64,000 nt of DNA from Octopus vulgaris (lineage: Eukaryota). This document shows, piece after piece, positions 26,841-39,771 of the stretch (positions are counted from its first letter, which is position 1; each line of letters begins with the position of its first letter). The notes beneath the pieces are model-generated. The model saw only the letters and a program-made list of their open reading frames with translations, was not told the origin of the DNA and made no database searches. Location: NCBI GenBank assembly GCA_951406725.2, contig OX597820.1, positions 122,946,001-123,010,000 on the forward strand. The letters are read 5' to 3'. The translations under genes and the position numbers were made by a program.

Positions 26841-26955
26841 GTATGTATGTATGTATGTATGTATGTATGTATGTATGTATGTATGTATGTATGTATGTAT
26901 GTATGTATGTATGTATGTATGTATGTATGTATGTATGTATGTATGTATGTATGTA
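25381..26955. repeat. About 1.57-kb (TATG)n microsatellite with recurring variant units
   Basis: Direct reading; TAAG, TGTG and TATTATG variants. Confidence 0.97.
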
Positions 26956-27164
26956 GGCATGCGTTCCTGTATCTATGTATGAATTATAATAGGCTTTGCA
27001 GACAAGCGAGATTGAAATAATGTTCCTAGAACCGCACAAACACAGAAAGATTTGTATTCACCCACAGGTTGTGCTTGTTATTGTATGCATTTATGCACAT
27101 CCACTTGCACACACACACACACATCTAATTCTCTACATGCATATATATATATATATACGCATGC

Positions 27165-27195
<31 letters not shown>

Positions 27196-27311
27196 GAGAT
27201 TTATATGCACAAAGACACATATCACGTACATATATTTGCGTGTGCGTGCATTTTTTGTTCTGTTCAGTTTTCTTGAATATATTTCTGATTAAGAATATAT
27301 AAACAGCAGGA

Positions 27312-27353
<42 letters not shown>

Positions 27354-27713
27354 GAACCCTGTATATATACATTTAAGAAATTGCGTATCTTGCGTAACTA
27401 GCTTATGTCTTTTGGGGTATAACTAATTCCAGACAAGTGTATTTAAAATCAGATTCAGAGAAAAATACTTCTGCAGAAAAGTGTATACGTGCCTGCATAC
27501 ATGCATACATACTTATATTAAGCATTACGCACATACATACGTTAACACACAGACACACAGACACATGCACCACACACACACACATGTACACACAGTCACA
27601 CACCAACATAAACGCACACATTAGTAGGAGAAACTAATATTTCGCAAGGAAAAATAGGATCCTATTGGAGCAGGGAGCTCCATATAAATTTTCGGTGTTA
27701 ATTTTATGATATA

Positions 27714-28108
27714 CTAGCAGTATCGCCCGGCGTTGCTCGGGTTTGTAAGGGAAATAACTATATAAGCATTTTTAGAGATGTAAAGTATAATAGCCATCTC
27801 AATATGGCTAACCACAAAGGGGGGGTGTTACTGTAGCTTTTTACGCTCTGAGATTTCATAATACATTTTTAGAGAGTTACTTCCCTTATATAATAGCGAA
27901 AAAATGCATTAAAATTGGGGAAAAATTATGGTAAATTTGTTTTTTAAATCGTAAACTCATCGTAGACGCACACTAATACCCAGAAGGGCTCGATATGAAT
28001 CACGACTATAAGATACCCGGTTTTGGTTACACTGCACCGCAAAATGTGGGAGTAGTTAGGAATCTAAATCGTAGGAGACAGACACAAGTTCACTTTTATA
28101 TATAAAGA
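27714..28108 (-). mobile_element. Non-autonomous Helitron
   Basis: Minus strand 5'-TCTTTATATATAAAAG...CCCGAGCAACGCCGGG hairpin...CTAG-3', between A and T, no TSD. Confidence 0.85.
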
Positions 28109-28799
28109 TTTGGCCAAGAAAAAACAGTTTTGGTTACATTTCTCATCTGCATTGTGAAGATCAAGGAATATCATATTCAAAAGATCTACTTAACATCTCA
28201 CTTTACTGTATGCATTGTATATCGGAATTATGTTCCAGTTCACTCAGCACTGCTACCCTGCTTTCCATTCCAGGCCGACAAAAATATGCGTAGATTTCAA
28301 AATCCTCGGAAGTGGGAGATCAAAAATCTTGGTCTCGCTGACGGCTGTCTCATCCATAGCTAGTAACCTGAGATCGTTGAGCAGGTTAATTTACATCCAA
28401 GGAGAACCCAGCCCACGAACATTTATACAACCCACCATGATGACAGGGCAGTTTGGAGAGGAAACAAAGGGTGTGTACCTAACCATCAGGTGGTTCAACG
28501 TCTGCAACTTAATTGGATTCCTCTAGGAGCCCCTTTAAATATTACTAGTGGATTTTACATTAGGAGTTTCCCATATCTTGAGGGAAGCTCCCCTTAATGT
28601 TTTTATGTCACTTCAAGCATTCGCATTATAAGCAATGTTTCTGGCACTTGAAAATTGCTAGTGCCGAGCATTACACCCTCTCTTCCGACGGCCTTTCTTC
28701 TTACTATGATGACCATCAATTATTTGTAGGCCTTCCTCACAAGAACGAAGTTTGGTGTTTGGTTCCTTGTTGCCTATCGGGGTGTTTTCTTCATTACTA

Positions 28800-29990
28800 T
28801 TTCTGGTAGTAATTTCTGGAAGGCCCGAAGATCCTCCGGAAAAGACCAGTCAATTGATCCCTACCGAAACCCAGATTTTCCCCGAGGACGTTGTTGCTTT
28901 TGTTCGCTATTAATACCCTATAGAACACCATAATGGAACTTCCACCGAGCGTATTGCCCGACTGGCAGATAACTGTGAGCACTTGTCGACATTCCAAGGA
29001 CCCTTTCTTAGTGTAAGCTTGATTCAGCACTGAGACGATCTGCGGAAAATTCTGCCTGACAAACGGCGGCCATACCTGCTTACCGTTAAGAAAACGCTGG
29101 AGATCATTAGCCACTGCATGCCAGTTCTCCATACAGTGGCTGTTGACAGCAGATGGACCGTCTGACAAGCGGAACACGTCCCTTCCACAGAAAGCAAAAG
29201 ACAAGTGCTACAGCTTGGTCAGGCATGTAGTAGATGACGGAAGCGATGTATTCATTCGCCACACCCACCCGACCCTTCAGGGACAGCTACCACTTTGCCC
29301 ATTTCTGACTGAGGCTGGCCACACCATTTGTCACCTCCCACCAGTTCTTTTCTAGCTGCAGGTCTGGATAAAACGAGTTACCGAGCAATTTAACGGGTCC
29401 TTCCGTCCAGCGCCCTACAACGCTGTTGGTTGGCATGGACCTATCTCGCTAGGTGCCGAGTAGCAGGGCCACCGACTTCTCCGGAATAATCGTCGACCCT
29501 GTCAAAAGCTTTTGATTGATCAAAATTCATCAGAGCCCCACCCATGCCAGGCCTAAAATTATCTAATTAGTCCCCCTTGTTCGGGTCCTTTCTCACACGC
29601 TACATCACACCACTGAGTATTTTCCCATTCTGCTGCCAGTTGTGGCAGACATCCACTAAGAGATCACCGAACATGTTTGGCATTTGAAGATAAAGTTCGA
29701 AGGGCAGACCATCCAGCCTCGGAGATGTCTGATTTGTGCAACTTGCCAACGCACGCCGCATGTGTTATCAGCATTTCGCAGAATTCTCTATCCTTGGCCG
29801 AAAGGCACGGTATGTTGTCTAGGTAGAAGTTGAAATCCACTTCCATCCTCGACACACCACGCGCACCGATAATTCAGCGAAATGCCGCTGAAAGTCCATA
29901 CACAACTGCTTGGATTCGTGTAGCATACGCCCGTCCTATCCCATCAAAGACCGAATTGTGGCTTTGTTGCCACGTTGCACCTTTGCCACC
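28800..29990 (-). mobile_element. L1/Tx1-clade LINE ORF2 relic (RT plus C-terminal part)
   Basis: GALMNFDQSKAFDRVD near 29490-29540; ORF 28797-29204 aligns by eye with the 19985 fragment. Confidence 0.8.
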
Positions 29991-30261
29991 CAGAAAGTAA
30001 GAATGGATAAATGCCGGTAATCATTTTGCCCGGCGTGCAAGCGATTCTGCCTGCCCGCCATCTTATGATCATTTATAATATTCACTTTTAATCTACACTC
30101 TCAACTTTATTAGGTTTTAATTACATCATCAACCCAAGTAACCTGTAATTATAAAAAAAATATTTCTTTCTTACTGACTAGGAATGATAATATTTTATAA
30201 TTTATTATTTTTTATCACGGCTTATCTTTTCTATACACCTTTATATATCATACGATTCTTA

Positions 30262-30348
30262 GGATCTTTTCGGTTTGAACGGCAGTTTTTAACATAATTT
30301 CTACGTAACTAAAAAAATTTAAACTTTGTATACTGATAGAATGTGTTT
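30262..30348. mobile_element. Truncated MITE (GGATC-TIR family)
   Basis: One TIR plus about 60 bp only. Confidence 0.85.
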
Positions 30349-30363
30349 TCTTTCGGTAGTTGC

Positions 30364-30872
30364 TGTGGCAAAAGAAGTAGTATGGAAGACGAGAGTGAAA
30401 GGAATTGCAACAGGCATGTTCGTCTCCAGTCTCGAGCTAATCGACTTATTCGTTTTCCACATGAAACGGAAAATAAGGCTGGAGAAGAAATGCCTGTCGC
30501 AAAGTGCGTTTCGTAAAAGACGGAAGTCTATAGGAAGTATGTTGCGAGGGAAAGAACCTGTTTAATCGGGAATATAAAAAAGGAGAAAGCAAAGTCTTCA
30601 GTGTGAGTCTGTGGTTTGTGGGGTCAACCGCGTCCTCCACTTCATTTTTTGTTAATCACTCATTCTCATTTAATTGTATATATTTTAATTGTTTGTTTAT
30701 TCATACGTTTCGTCTCATTCGATACCCTGACCCCAACGTTTGTTTTGTCTGTCCCCGTATTGTCCCCTATTTTTCTCAACCTTATGGTGAATAAAGAAAA
30801 CTCTTTCTCTCTCTCTCATTCTCTCATTAATCGCGAGGTTCGGTTGTTTACTCTTTAATTTCGATAATTACA
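30364..30872 (+). mobile_element. Putative solo LTR
   Basis: TGT...ACA ends, TATAAAA near 30572, AATAAA near 30790; TSD not found. Confidence 0.45.
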
Positions 30873-31150
30873 ATCAGCGCTTACAAACAATATCAATAAA
30901 CAGATTTGCATATGGAATATGGTCGTGTAAACGAGGATACGACATGCTGCAGGACAGGAAACCATAGGTGTCTGGTTCGTGTCACTCTCAGATCATATCA
31001 TTTTCGCTTCGTATTGATTTTTCATACATAAACATGTGTGTGTGTGTGTGTTGGGGGGGGGGGTAGAGTACATGCGCGTGTATGCGTATACTTTTATAAT
31101 ACCTTGTTGATAATGTTTCGTTATAAGTAGAATTTCTTGGATTAAAAGTC

Positions 31151-31571
31151 GGATCTTTTCGTTTTGAACGGCATAATTTCTAGGTAACTAAAAAAATTTA
31201 AACTTCGTATACTGATAGAATGTGTTTATAAAACATATTTTTCTCTTGGCTTTATTGAGAAAATTCTATAGTTTGTAAGATATTTGTTGTGTTTTTTTCC
31301 TTCAATTTCTGCAATTTAAACCAATCACTGACGTCTAAGGAGGTAAAAAACATTGTGCCGTATGAATATGTCCCTCGTTTAAGAAACAGATTGGGTTTAT
31401 TTACATTTGTGAAGAAAAAAAGATATCCTTCCCCCACCCCTAACCCTAACCCTAACTAACTCTAAGCCTAAAACAGATTGAAATGCAATAGATCGATACT
31501 AGGGTCATAATTATGGGTGACAATTTCATATGACACCGCTAGAAAAACTGCCGTTCAAACCGAAAAGATCC
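31151..31571. mobile_element. MITE (GGATC-TIR family)
   Basis: TIRs; 8-bp TSD TAAAAGTC; CCCTAA repeats inside. Confidence 0.9.
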
Positions 31572-31592
31572 TAAAAGTCTAACTAATATTTA

Positions 31593-31662
31593 TGAAAATA
31601 TTCAGCAGATTGTTTAATTCGATGTGATGAAAATATTCAGCAGATTGTTTAATTCGATGTGA
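31593..31662 (+). repeat. About 35-bp direct duplication
   Basis: TGAAAATATTCAGCAGATTGTTTAATTCGATGTGA twice. Confidence 0.9.
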
Positions 31663-32998
31663 GTGGAATTGCTTCAATTCGATCTGAGATTTTAGTCGCT
31701 GGGCTGTAATGGTACTTTGGGTTGACGTAGATAAAGCTGGTTCACACAGAATGTAATTTAGAGAAAATAAGCGGAGATGTTTAAGTTTGTGTTTCTATGA
31801 CACACACGTAATCACGTGCTGCTGATTGCCTCGCTGTTAAAAATAATTTCCATGTTATTGCAAGATGTATTTATTAAACCGTTTGTATATCGATTTTTTG
31901 ATTCGACAGTAATCCCTTCGCAAGACTTATTTCTGTAATGGCAATTTAAATTTATAATCAATGTAACGTTTAGATATTTTAAAAAAAATATACAACACCG
32001 TTTCCAAACGAATTCCAATTTGTTGTTGATATCTTATCTTGAATGTTTGAAACATCTGTGCTTGAAAATGTATTACAGCTCCAAAGGTCAGTGATTTAAT
32101 CTCAAGAGATACACTTCTTAATTCTTCTCGCCTCATTTTCTGTTTATCGAGCTGGAAAATAAGGACCCACTGCACAGAAAAAAATATATGCGTAGACTAA
32201 AGAAGGAAATGTTTTGATTTCGCTCACTTAAACCTGTAGAAATTAGAGATAAATTACTTCATATAATCGTTTTGATTTGGTTATCGCGCTTTAATGACAC
32301 AAACTGTAAATAAACCAGATGTACTACAATTTTTTGGAACTCAGTGTAACATCTAAGCATGGTTTTGTTTATTGTCTTAAAGGATGAAGTAATTCTTTTG
32401 AAAATATTTCTGTAATATTTCTTTTGAAATCTTATCCCCATGTGGAAGCATATCGTTTATAAAAAAACCGCACAAAAACGAAAACAAAAACCCACAAAAA
32501 CAGAACAAAAAACATAGACAAAACCAATTAAATAGTTAGAGACTAAAAAATTGTTCCTGAAATAAAAACATGAGTTTCTCTTCATATTTTCTTAATCGAT
32601 TCTGTTTATTCCCAACTGGTTTGAAATGCTGTTTTGAGTTTATTTAACTTTAAAGGACTTTGTAGAACCCCGTGATTTCTACAAATGATGAATACGAAAG
32701 AGAAAGCTCCGAAATGTCGTGGTAAATTAAATAATTTTCACACATGTTAAAAAGATAAAAATATCAAATGTGTTGCGGAGGAAACTAATTTAAGAAACAT
32801 GCCATTTGATTGTTTAACAACAATTAATTACAAAGAAATAAGAAAATCTCTAGACACGTGAAATTGCGACGAAAGAAAACAATAGAACAAATATGGTAAT
32901 TTCTAAAGTATAACAACATAAATAAGTAAAATTTATGAAGTTAAAAATGAAATATTAGCACATATTTTATTGATTTTGAGTAAACGATTATGTGAACA

Positions 32999-33429
32999 GG
33001 ATTTTTTCGGTTTGAACGGCAGTTTTTAACATAATTTCTAGGGAACTAAAATATTTTAAACTTCATATACCGGTAGAATGTGTTTATAAAACATCTTTTT
33101 CTCTTGGCTTTATTGAGAAAATTCTATAGTTTGTAAGATATTTGTTGTTTTTTTCTTCAATTTCTGCAATTTCAACCAATCACTGACGTCCATTGAGATA
33201 AAAACATTCTGTGCCGTATGAATATGTCCCTCGTTTAAGAAACAGATTGGGTTTATTTACATTTGTGAAGAAAAAAAGATACCCATTCCCCCACCCCTAA
33301 CACTAACCCTAACTAACCCTAACCCTAAAACAGATTGAAATGCAATAGATCGATTCTAGGGTCATAATTATGGGTGACAATTTCATATGACACCGCTAGA
33401 AAAAACTGCCGTTCAAACCGAAAAGATCC
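32999..33429. mobile_element. MITE (GGATC-TIR family)
   Basis: TIRs; flanked by 14-bp direct repeat CGATTATGTGAACA. Confidence 0.9.
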
Positions 33430-33436
33430 CGATTAT

Positions 33437-33668
33437 GTGAACATTGTTCGAAAATAATTGTTCGAAAACAATTATTCGGAAAACATTTATTCGAATGGAA
33501 AATTATACGAATGAAAATTATTCGAAGGGACAACTACACGAATGTTAATTATTTTAATTTTTTTTAATTTTGTTTAAACAAAAATTATAAAATAAAAAAT
33601 CAAGTACACGAATGATATTTATTTCGAATAATTATTTTCGAATAATTGTTTTCGAACAATTTTCATGA
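33437..33668. mobile_element. Foldback/MITE with iterated AATTRTTCGAAA subterminal repeats
   Basis: ATTGTTCGAAAA arrays on the left mirrored by TTTTCGAACAAT on the right. Confidence 0.65.
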
Positions 33669-34065
33669 TACAGAATAAGCGATGTTAACTTTTTTTCTTC
33701 TTTAAAGTGTAGACGTTTTAAATATTTCTTTGCGAAGGAAGCGAGAACATATAGACATATGTATGTAAGAGACTATAGTATGGATCTCTCTCTCTCCCTT
33801 CTCTCTCTCTCTATATATATATGTGTGTGTGTGTGCCATTGAATTTTTTCCCTTATGGTATTATATTGCGCCTAGATGCTTATATATATATATATATACC
33901 AGCCAAAGTATCCGGCGTTGCTCGGAAGCTTAAAGAATGTTAAAGGAAACACATATTTATTCCGATGAAAAATATATTACAGTTCTATATTTAAGAGGTG
34001 AGGAATTATGTACATTGTTTACATTATTTACATTTGACGGATATTTGTCCTTATCGTGTTTGTTA

Positions 34066-34111
34066 TTAACAACGTTTCGGCTGAATTACCCTCCAGCCTT
34101 CATCAGGTGCC
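34066..34111 (-). ncRNA. Minimal PLE-type hammerhead
   Basis: Minus strand CAC-CTGATGA-A-GGCTG..CAGCC-GAAACGTT-GT; stem I weakened. Confidence 0.6.
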
Positions 34112-34195
34112 TTGGGGAAATTTCGAACCTGGGTTCTTCTTCTTCTTCTTCTTCTTCTTCTTCTTCTTCTTCTTCTTCTTCTTTTTCGTCTCCTC

Positions 34196-34530
34196 ATTAT
34201 TATTATTATTGCCTTTGCACAGCTTCTAACACTGGAGATGTACTACAGTGTCAGCTGTTCACTAACAGTAAACTAAGGTAACACCTCTTATTTTTCGAGC
34301 ACCTTCCGGAGTATTCGAGCGGTTCAAAGCAGTGCTGTTTTCTGCAAGTGCTCCACCTTTATTTCAGCTCCTATTTGTTCCACGTGCTTCTCGAAATCTT
34401 TTCTCATTGTTCCCAGGGCTCAGCCAATTATTGGTACTACTGCTACCTTTTTCATCGACCACAACTGCTTACCTGTCATATCTCTCAACTTTTCTTTCTT
34501 CCTTATCGCATACCTTGTTGTCACCTGGGC
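34196..34530 (-). mobile_element. R4/Dong-clade LINE 3' end with (TAA)n tail
   Basis: VVPIIG*ALG..EHLQKTALL*TARILRKVL on minus strand; related copy at 41545-41700. Confidence 0.8.
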
Positions 34531-34541
34531 ATGCTATATTT

Positions 34542-34766
34542 GCTGGCAGACACGTTAGCGCGCCGGGCGAAATGCTTAGCGGTATTTCGTCTGTCGTTAT
34601 TTCGTCTGAGTTCAAATTCCACCGAGGTCAACTTTGCCTTTCATCCTTTCGGGGTCGATAAATAAAGTACAAGTTTCTCACTGGGGGTGATATAATCGAC
34701 TCAATCCCTTTGTCTGTCCTTGTTTGTCCCCTCTATGTTTAGCCCCTTGTGGGTAGTAAAGAAATA
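34542..34766 (+). mobile_element. SINE family A
   Basis: Reverse complement of the 12176 copy. Confidence 0.9.
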
Positions 34767-34779
34767 TATATTTATGATC

Positions 34780-35378
34780 ATGTCCTTATTTTTATTGTTT
34801 TTCTGTCTATTTTGATTAGTTCATTTAAAGTCCAGTTAAGAATATTGTAGCTCTAACTTATAACTGGGATGGTTAAATTTTTGATACCTATTATCTTATT
34901 TTTCGCATTGTGCTCTGTTTTCAGAGTAGTAATCTAACTCGTCTATAATATTCCTTTCTTATCGTCTCATGTGTGTGTGTTGTATCGTATCAAGTTCATT
35001 GATTACTAAGTATTTGTATGTCTGGCGTGGGTCTAATTCTCTTATTTTATTTGCTTTATTTAGTGTGATGTTGTTACTCTTAACTAGTTTTCCTCCTTTC
35101 AAGGTTGCTTTGACACATTTTTCTAAGCCAAGTTTCATGTTTACTTCTTTGGTAAATCCATTTACTGTGTAATGTTTCCAGCTGTTTATCATTTCCAGCT
35201 GTTTATCATTTGTAGCGTAGTTTCAGATCATCAATATATAAGAGGTGGCTGATTTTTTTTCCTTAACAGTTGAATCCACATCCTGTTCTGTCAGGTAAAG
35301 GTGTCAGAGCCAAGCAGAAAAGAAGTGCTGAGAGTGTGTCACTCTGGAATATTCCTCTTCTAAGGGTGATGTTTTGGT
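34780..35378 (-). mobile_element. R4-clade LINE reverse-transcriptase relic
   Basis: RRGIFQSDTLSALLFCLAL, ISHLLYIDDLKL, MKLGLEKC, YKYL. Confidence 0.85.
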
Positions 35379-35411
35379 AACTATTATCATTTTTATTATT
35401 ATTATTATTAT

Positions 35412-35967
35412 TGAGTGAGAGAGCAGTTCATGCCATCAAAGTGACACTGGGGTAAAATATACGAAGCCCAATATACCCATCATGATTACCCGTCTGATAA
35501 GGGTACACCAGGCACATGCATCACAACCATATGTGCGCGACATGGTGATCTCATATCAAGATAAACAGCACATGACCTTGGAGGTGGGGCCCAGTTAGAA
35601 TTTTCTTCAGGTTGAGTAGTCCATCCCGCTCAAAAGGTCCCTGAATAAGGGTTGTTTAAGGATGTTGAAAGAACCACCCATGTTTCCAGAGGTGAATTAT
35701 TCAAACCCCAAAGAATCCCTCTCAACACATGGCTATGATGCTCCCCCACTACTTCTGCTCGTGATCAGAGATGTACATATCGTCAGCCACTAAGGGACAT
35801 GCTCAACTGGTTAAAGTCAAACAACTGACAAGCAAATCTGTGGTATTGAGCAGAATATTTGCTGTAGCCCATCTTTTATACCAAGACAAAACAATGTACA
35901 TGATAACACTTGCAATCAGTTAAGATCAGAAGCCATGAGAGCCACTGCCTGGTACAGCATCAGGGCA

Positions 35968-35970
<3 letters not shown>
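35412..35970. mobile_element. Unclassified non-coding insert in (TTA)n
   Basis: 560 bp of higher-GC sequence with (TTA)n directly on both sides; no ORF. Confidence 0.5.
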
Positions 35971-36012
<42 letters not shown>

Positions 36013-36339
36013 CATTATTATTATTACGTTTGCCTTTTGCCTTGTATTTGTACAAGTTGACTACAAGTCTCACCCAGAGACCTCAAGTGACAACAATTTA
36101 GATGTTCAAGTTGGTGTTCTGACTGGAGTGCCATATATTTCGTTTTGCACATAGCATTGTTCTAGGGAATGTCTGTGAAACATAAGCAAATCAGAAATTT
36201 GTTTTAAAAGTAATTTGCTTATAAGATGATCGTCTAATGTCAAGATGACAGTAAAGGTTTGTAGTTATTATTATTATTGTTTTTGTTGTTATTGTTATTG
36301 TTCTTTTTATTATTGCTAATTACAATAAATTAGGAAAAA

Positions 36340-36545
36340 AATATTCAGAACGATTATGATTTAGTTAGAGAGCTGAGGAACCTATAGAAGACCAATACCA
36401 CAATAACTCCTGTAATAATAGGTGCACTTGGCACAAAACCCAAAATTCTATCTAACTGAGGGAAAGAGATCAGAATTGTAACTCGCATTGTCGACCTGCA
36501 GAAAAATCACAGCTTGCAGAATCTTAATAAATTCTTGAAATTTGT
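36340..36545 (+). mobile_element. Degraded R4-type LINE C-terminal fragment
   Basis: ITPVIIGALGT...IVDLQK. Confidence 0.55.
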
Positions 36546-36659
36546 CTCCAAGCCTCAAAATACATGCTGACTAAATTATCATGTACCAGCTTGTTTGTTA
36601 TTGTTGTGCTAGTCGTATTAATGGTGGAAGTCCTATCATTATTTGTCGTAATATCAATT

Positions 36660-36966
36660 CGTTGTTTGTTCTTTCTCGAGCCATGCCTGGCTGATAAGGG
36701 CCGGTTTCACGGTTTCCTTGGCGTATAGGTTCCCCACCTGGACGGGACGCCGGTCCATCGCAGGTGAGCTGCAAGATGAAGGAGGAAAGAGTGAGAGAAA
36801 GTTGTGGCGAAAGAGTCAGCAGAAGTTCGTCTTTACCTTCTGCCGGAGCCGCGTGGAACTTAGGTGTTTTCGCTCATAAACATACACATCGCCCGGTCTG
36901 AGATTCGAACCCGCGATCCCTCGACCGCGAGTCCGCTGCTCTAACCACTAGGCCACGTTCCTCCAC
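36660..36966 (-). mobile_element. SINE family C
   Basis: Matches 18512-18810; TSD TCGTAATATCAAT. Confidence 0.9.
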
Positions 36967-37717
36967 TCGTAATATCAATAGTAATGTCTTTATCATTATC
37001 TTCATCGTCGTCATCGTCGTTGTATCAATCGTCCTCAAAATTTTCTTTTGTTCTAAACATCTACAGGACACTTTACCTCAAGACTGCCATTTCAAAACAC
37101 TTTTGATCGGTTTCAAAAATTCCTCCTCTCTCCCGCTCCTATCATTATTTTCACCTATTCAATACGCATCTGTCATTCATAACACACATATATAAAATGA
37201 ATGCATATTTTATTTGTCCTTTTTAATATTTTCACTTCCCTTTTCCATCCAATTTCATTCATTTGTTCCTTTGGGCGTGTATCTCTCACATCATTCCTCC
37301 TCTGGTCCCGCCTATTTCTCTTCCAGGTGAATATCATTCTCACGCCATCAAAACAGTTTTGCAGTAAGTATAGAAAGCTTTTAATTTGGTAAAGCGTTCA
37401 CGCATTGAATTAGGGAGATCAACTTTATTTCTTAAACGTTTTAACAATATTACGAAGAAAAATAGTTTCATCTTTTACTTAACATAAACGGAGCAAACAC
37501 CAACGACAAACATAACAACCATCATTTTATTTTTATTTTATTTTATTTTATCTAGTTTCAGCTCACGAGCTGTGGCCATGCTGGGGCACCGCCATTTAAT
37601 CATGGGGAATTTCTTTCCTCTTTCCTTCACTCTTGTTATCCTCCAGCTTTTCACTGATAATCCAACAAATGCTTTACATTTATAGACACAAATATAAAAA
37701 TAGTAAAAATAGTAAAC

Positions 37718-38145
37718 GTAGGCGTAGGAGTGGTTGTGTTGTAAGTAGCTTCCTTACGAACCACATGGTTCCGGGTTCAATCCCACTGCATGGCACCTTG
37801 GGCAACTCTCTTCTACTATAGCCTCGGGCCGACCAAAGCCTTGTGAGTGGATTTGGTAGACGGAAACTGAAAGAAGCCTGTCGTATATATGTATATATAT
37901 GTATGTATGTGTGTGTGTGTTTATGTTTGTGTATCTGTGTTTGTCCCCTCAACATCGCTTGACAACCGATGCTGGTGTGTTTACGTCCCCGTAACTTAAC
38001 GGTTCGGCAAAAGAGACCGATAGAATAAGTACTAGGCTTACAAAGAATAAGTCCTGGGGTCGATTTGGTCGACTAAAAGGTGGTGCTCCAGCATGGCCAC
38101 AGTCAAATGACTGAAACAAGTAAAAGAGTAAAAGAGAGTAAAGAG
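37718..38145 (+). mobile_element. SINE family B
   Basis: tRNA-like head, internal microsatellite, (GTAAAAGA)n tail. Confidence 0.9.
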
Positions 38146-38939
38146 AGAGAGAGTGTGTGTGTGTATGTGTGTGCGTGTGCGTGTGTGTATGTGTGTGTGT
38201 GTGCTTGTGAGCGTTCGTTTGTGTGTTGTATGCATGTGTAAGTGTTTCATGGTTTTTGTATATATATAAGGTATATATTTAACAAATATATAATATATAC
38301 ATCTCACGAAATACATATACCTAAGCGCGGGTTTATATGTGTGTGTGTGTGTGCGCGCGCGCGTGCCACACCCAGGCCAGATACAAATATATACAGTGTA
38401 TGATGACGATGATGATGATGATGATGATTGCATGAGCCAAAGAAAGTTAAAAATTTCCTCTTCCTCCCATTTTTCATATTACTATCAGAGATAGATTAAT
38501 ATTGAACCGGAAGTACTGTAATGAAAAGAGCGTTTGCCATGAGGTCGATGCGACCACACTCCCACCACCACCTCTTCCCCTTATTCAAAATGGAAGCGAG
38601 GCAAATTTTTTTATGACCTCTTATGAGGCAACGGCCAACACCTAAGAAGAGAGAGAAACTCCAAAAATTAAACCAGGATTACAGGAATCCTATATCCTAG
38701 GGTGGAGATCCTGTCAGTGATGGTGACACGGAAAAATTACTGGTGGTCATGCAGTCTAAAATTCCTTAACTCTCATCGTGAGTGCTGAAATGTTAAATAA
38801 AAATAGAAATGAGAAAGAGGTGAATGAGGCTGGAACACCTTATGAAGGTTTCTTGCCTGGCGGGTGCCCCACGGGTAAGCAGCGGGGGCCCAGTCGTCAT
38901 CATGCAACTGCTGAAAGAAGGTGAACGAAAGAAAGGAAT

Positions 38940-39388
38940 GTGGTTGTGATGGATTGCTATTTTCTGGGCAGATGAAAAAGAAGTAAAGATAATAGATGTT
39001 GCAATACCAGGCGATTCGAGGGTGAATGTAAGGAAACAGAAAAGATTGAAAAATACCAGCCAATATGGGACGCGATAGGAAACTTATGGCGCATGAGGAA
39101 AGTAACGGTGATACCGGTGGTAATTGGAGCATTAGGAGCAATTTCCAAGGGCTTTGAAAAAAATATTAAGAATATTGGGGCTGTTGTCAGGCTCGAGGTG
39201 ATCCAGAAGACAGGATTGCAGGGTACAGCTCACACTCTAAGGAGAGTATTGTCTCTTTGAATCACAGGAGAAGACACTAATTGAAACCTTTGGTGATTTG
39301 TTGTTGCCTCCTTTCAAGTAAAGAAGAACCGTTAAATTATGAACTATACGAGAGTCTTTCATAATAATAATAATAATAATAATAATAA
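38940..39388 (+). mobile_element. R4/Dong-clade LINE 3' end (restriction-like endonuclease) with (TAA)n tail
   Basis: IIDVAIPGDSRV..EKIEKYQ..VIPVVIGALG..VIQKTGLQGTAHTLRRVLSL*, then 3' UTR and TAA repeats. Confidence 0.85.
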
Positions 39389-39600
39389 TCTTTTCTACTA
39401 AAGGCACAAGGGCCTGAAATTTGGAGGGGCGGGGCAAGTCGATTTCATCGACCCCAGTGTTTACTGGTATTGAATTTATCGACGTCCAATCACAAAGGGA
39501 AAACTCGACCTCGGCGGAACTTCAACTCAAAATGTACCGACGGACGATATACTGTTATTTATTTCGCCCGGTGTGCTTACGATTGCGTTAGCTCACCGCT
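39388..39600 (-). mobile_element. SINE family A variant, degenerate
   Basis: TCGACCCCAGT..CTGGTA..TCGACCTCGGCGGAA core. Confidence 0.75.
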
Positions 39601-39695
39601 TTAATAACGATAATAACAACAACAATAATAATGATAACATATACATACACAAACATATAGTTTTGCATAACTGTATATGTATGAATGGATACATT

Positions 39696-39765
<70 letters not shown>

Positions 39766-39771
39766 TACACA

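Noticed and set aside
32675-32725. Decayed HHR-like ATGATGA...CTCC-GAAATGTC-GTGGTA (similar traces near 41150, 51128 and 56757)
   Set aside because: Core and stems too mutated to support a call
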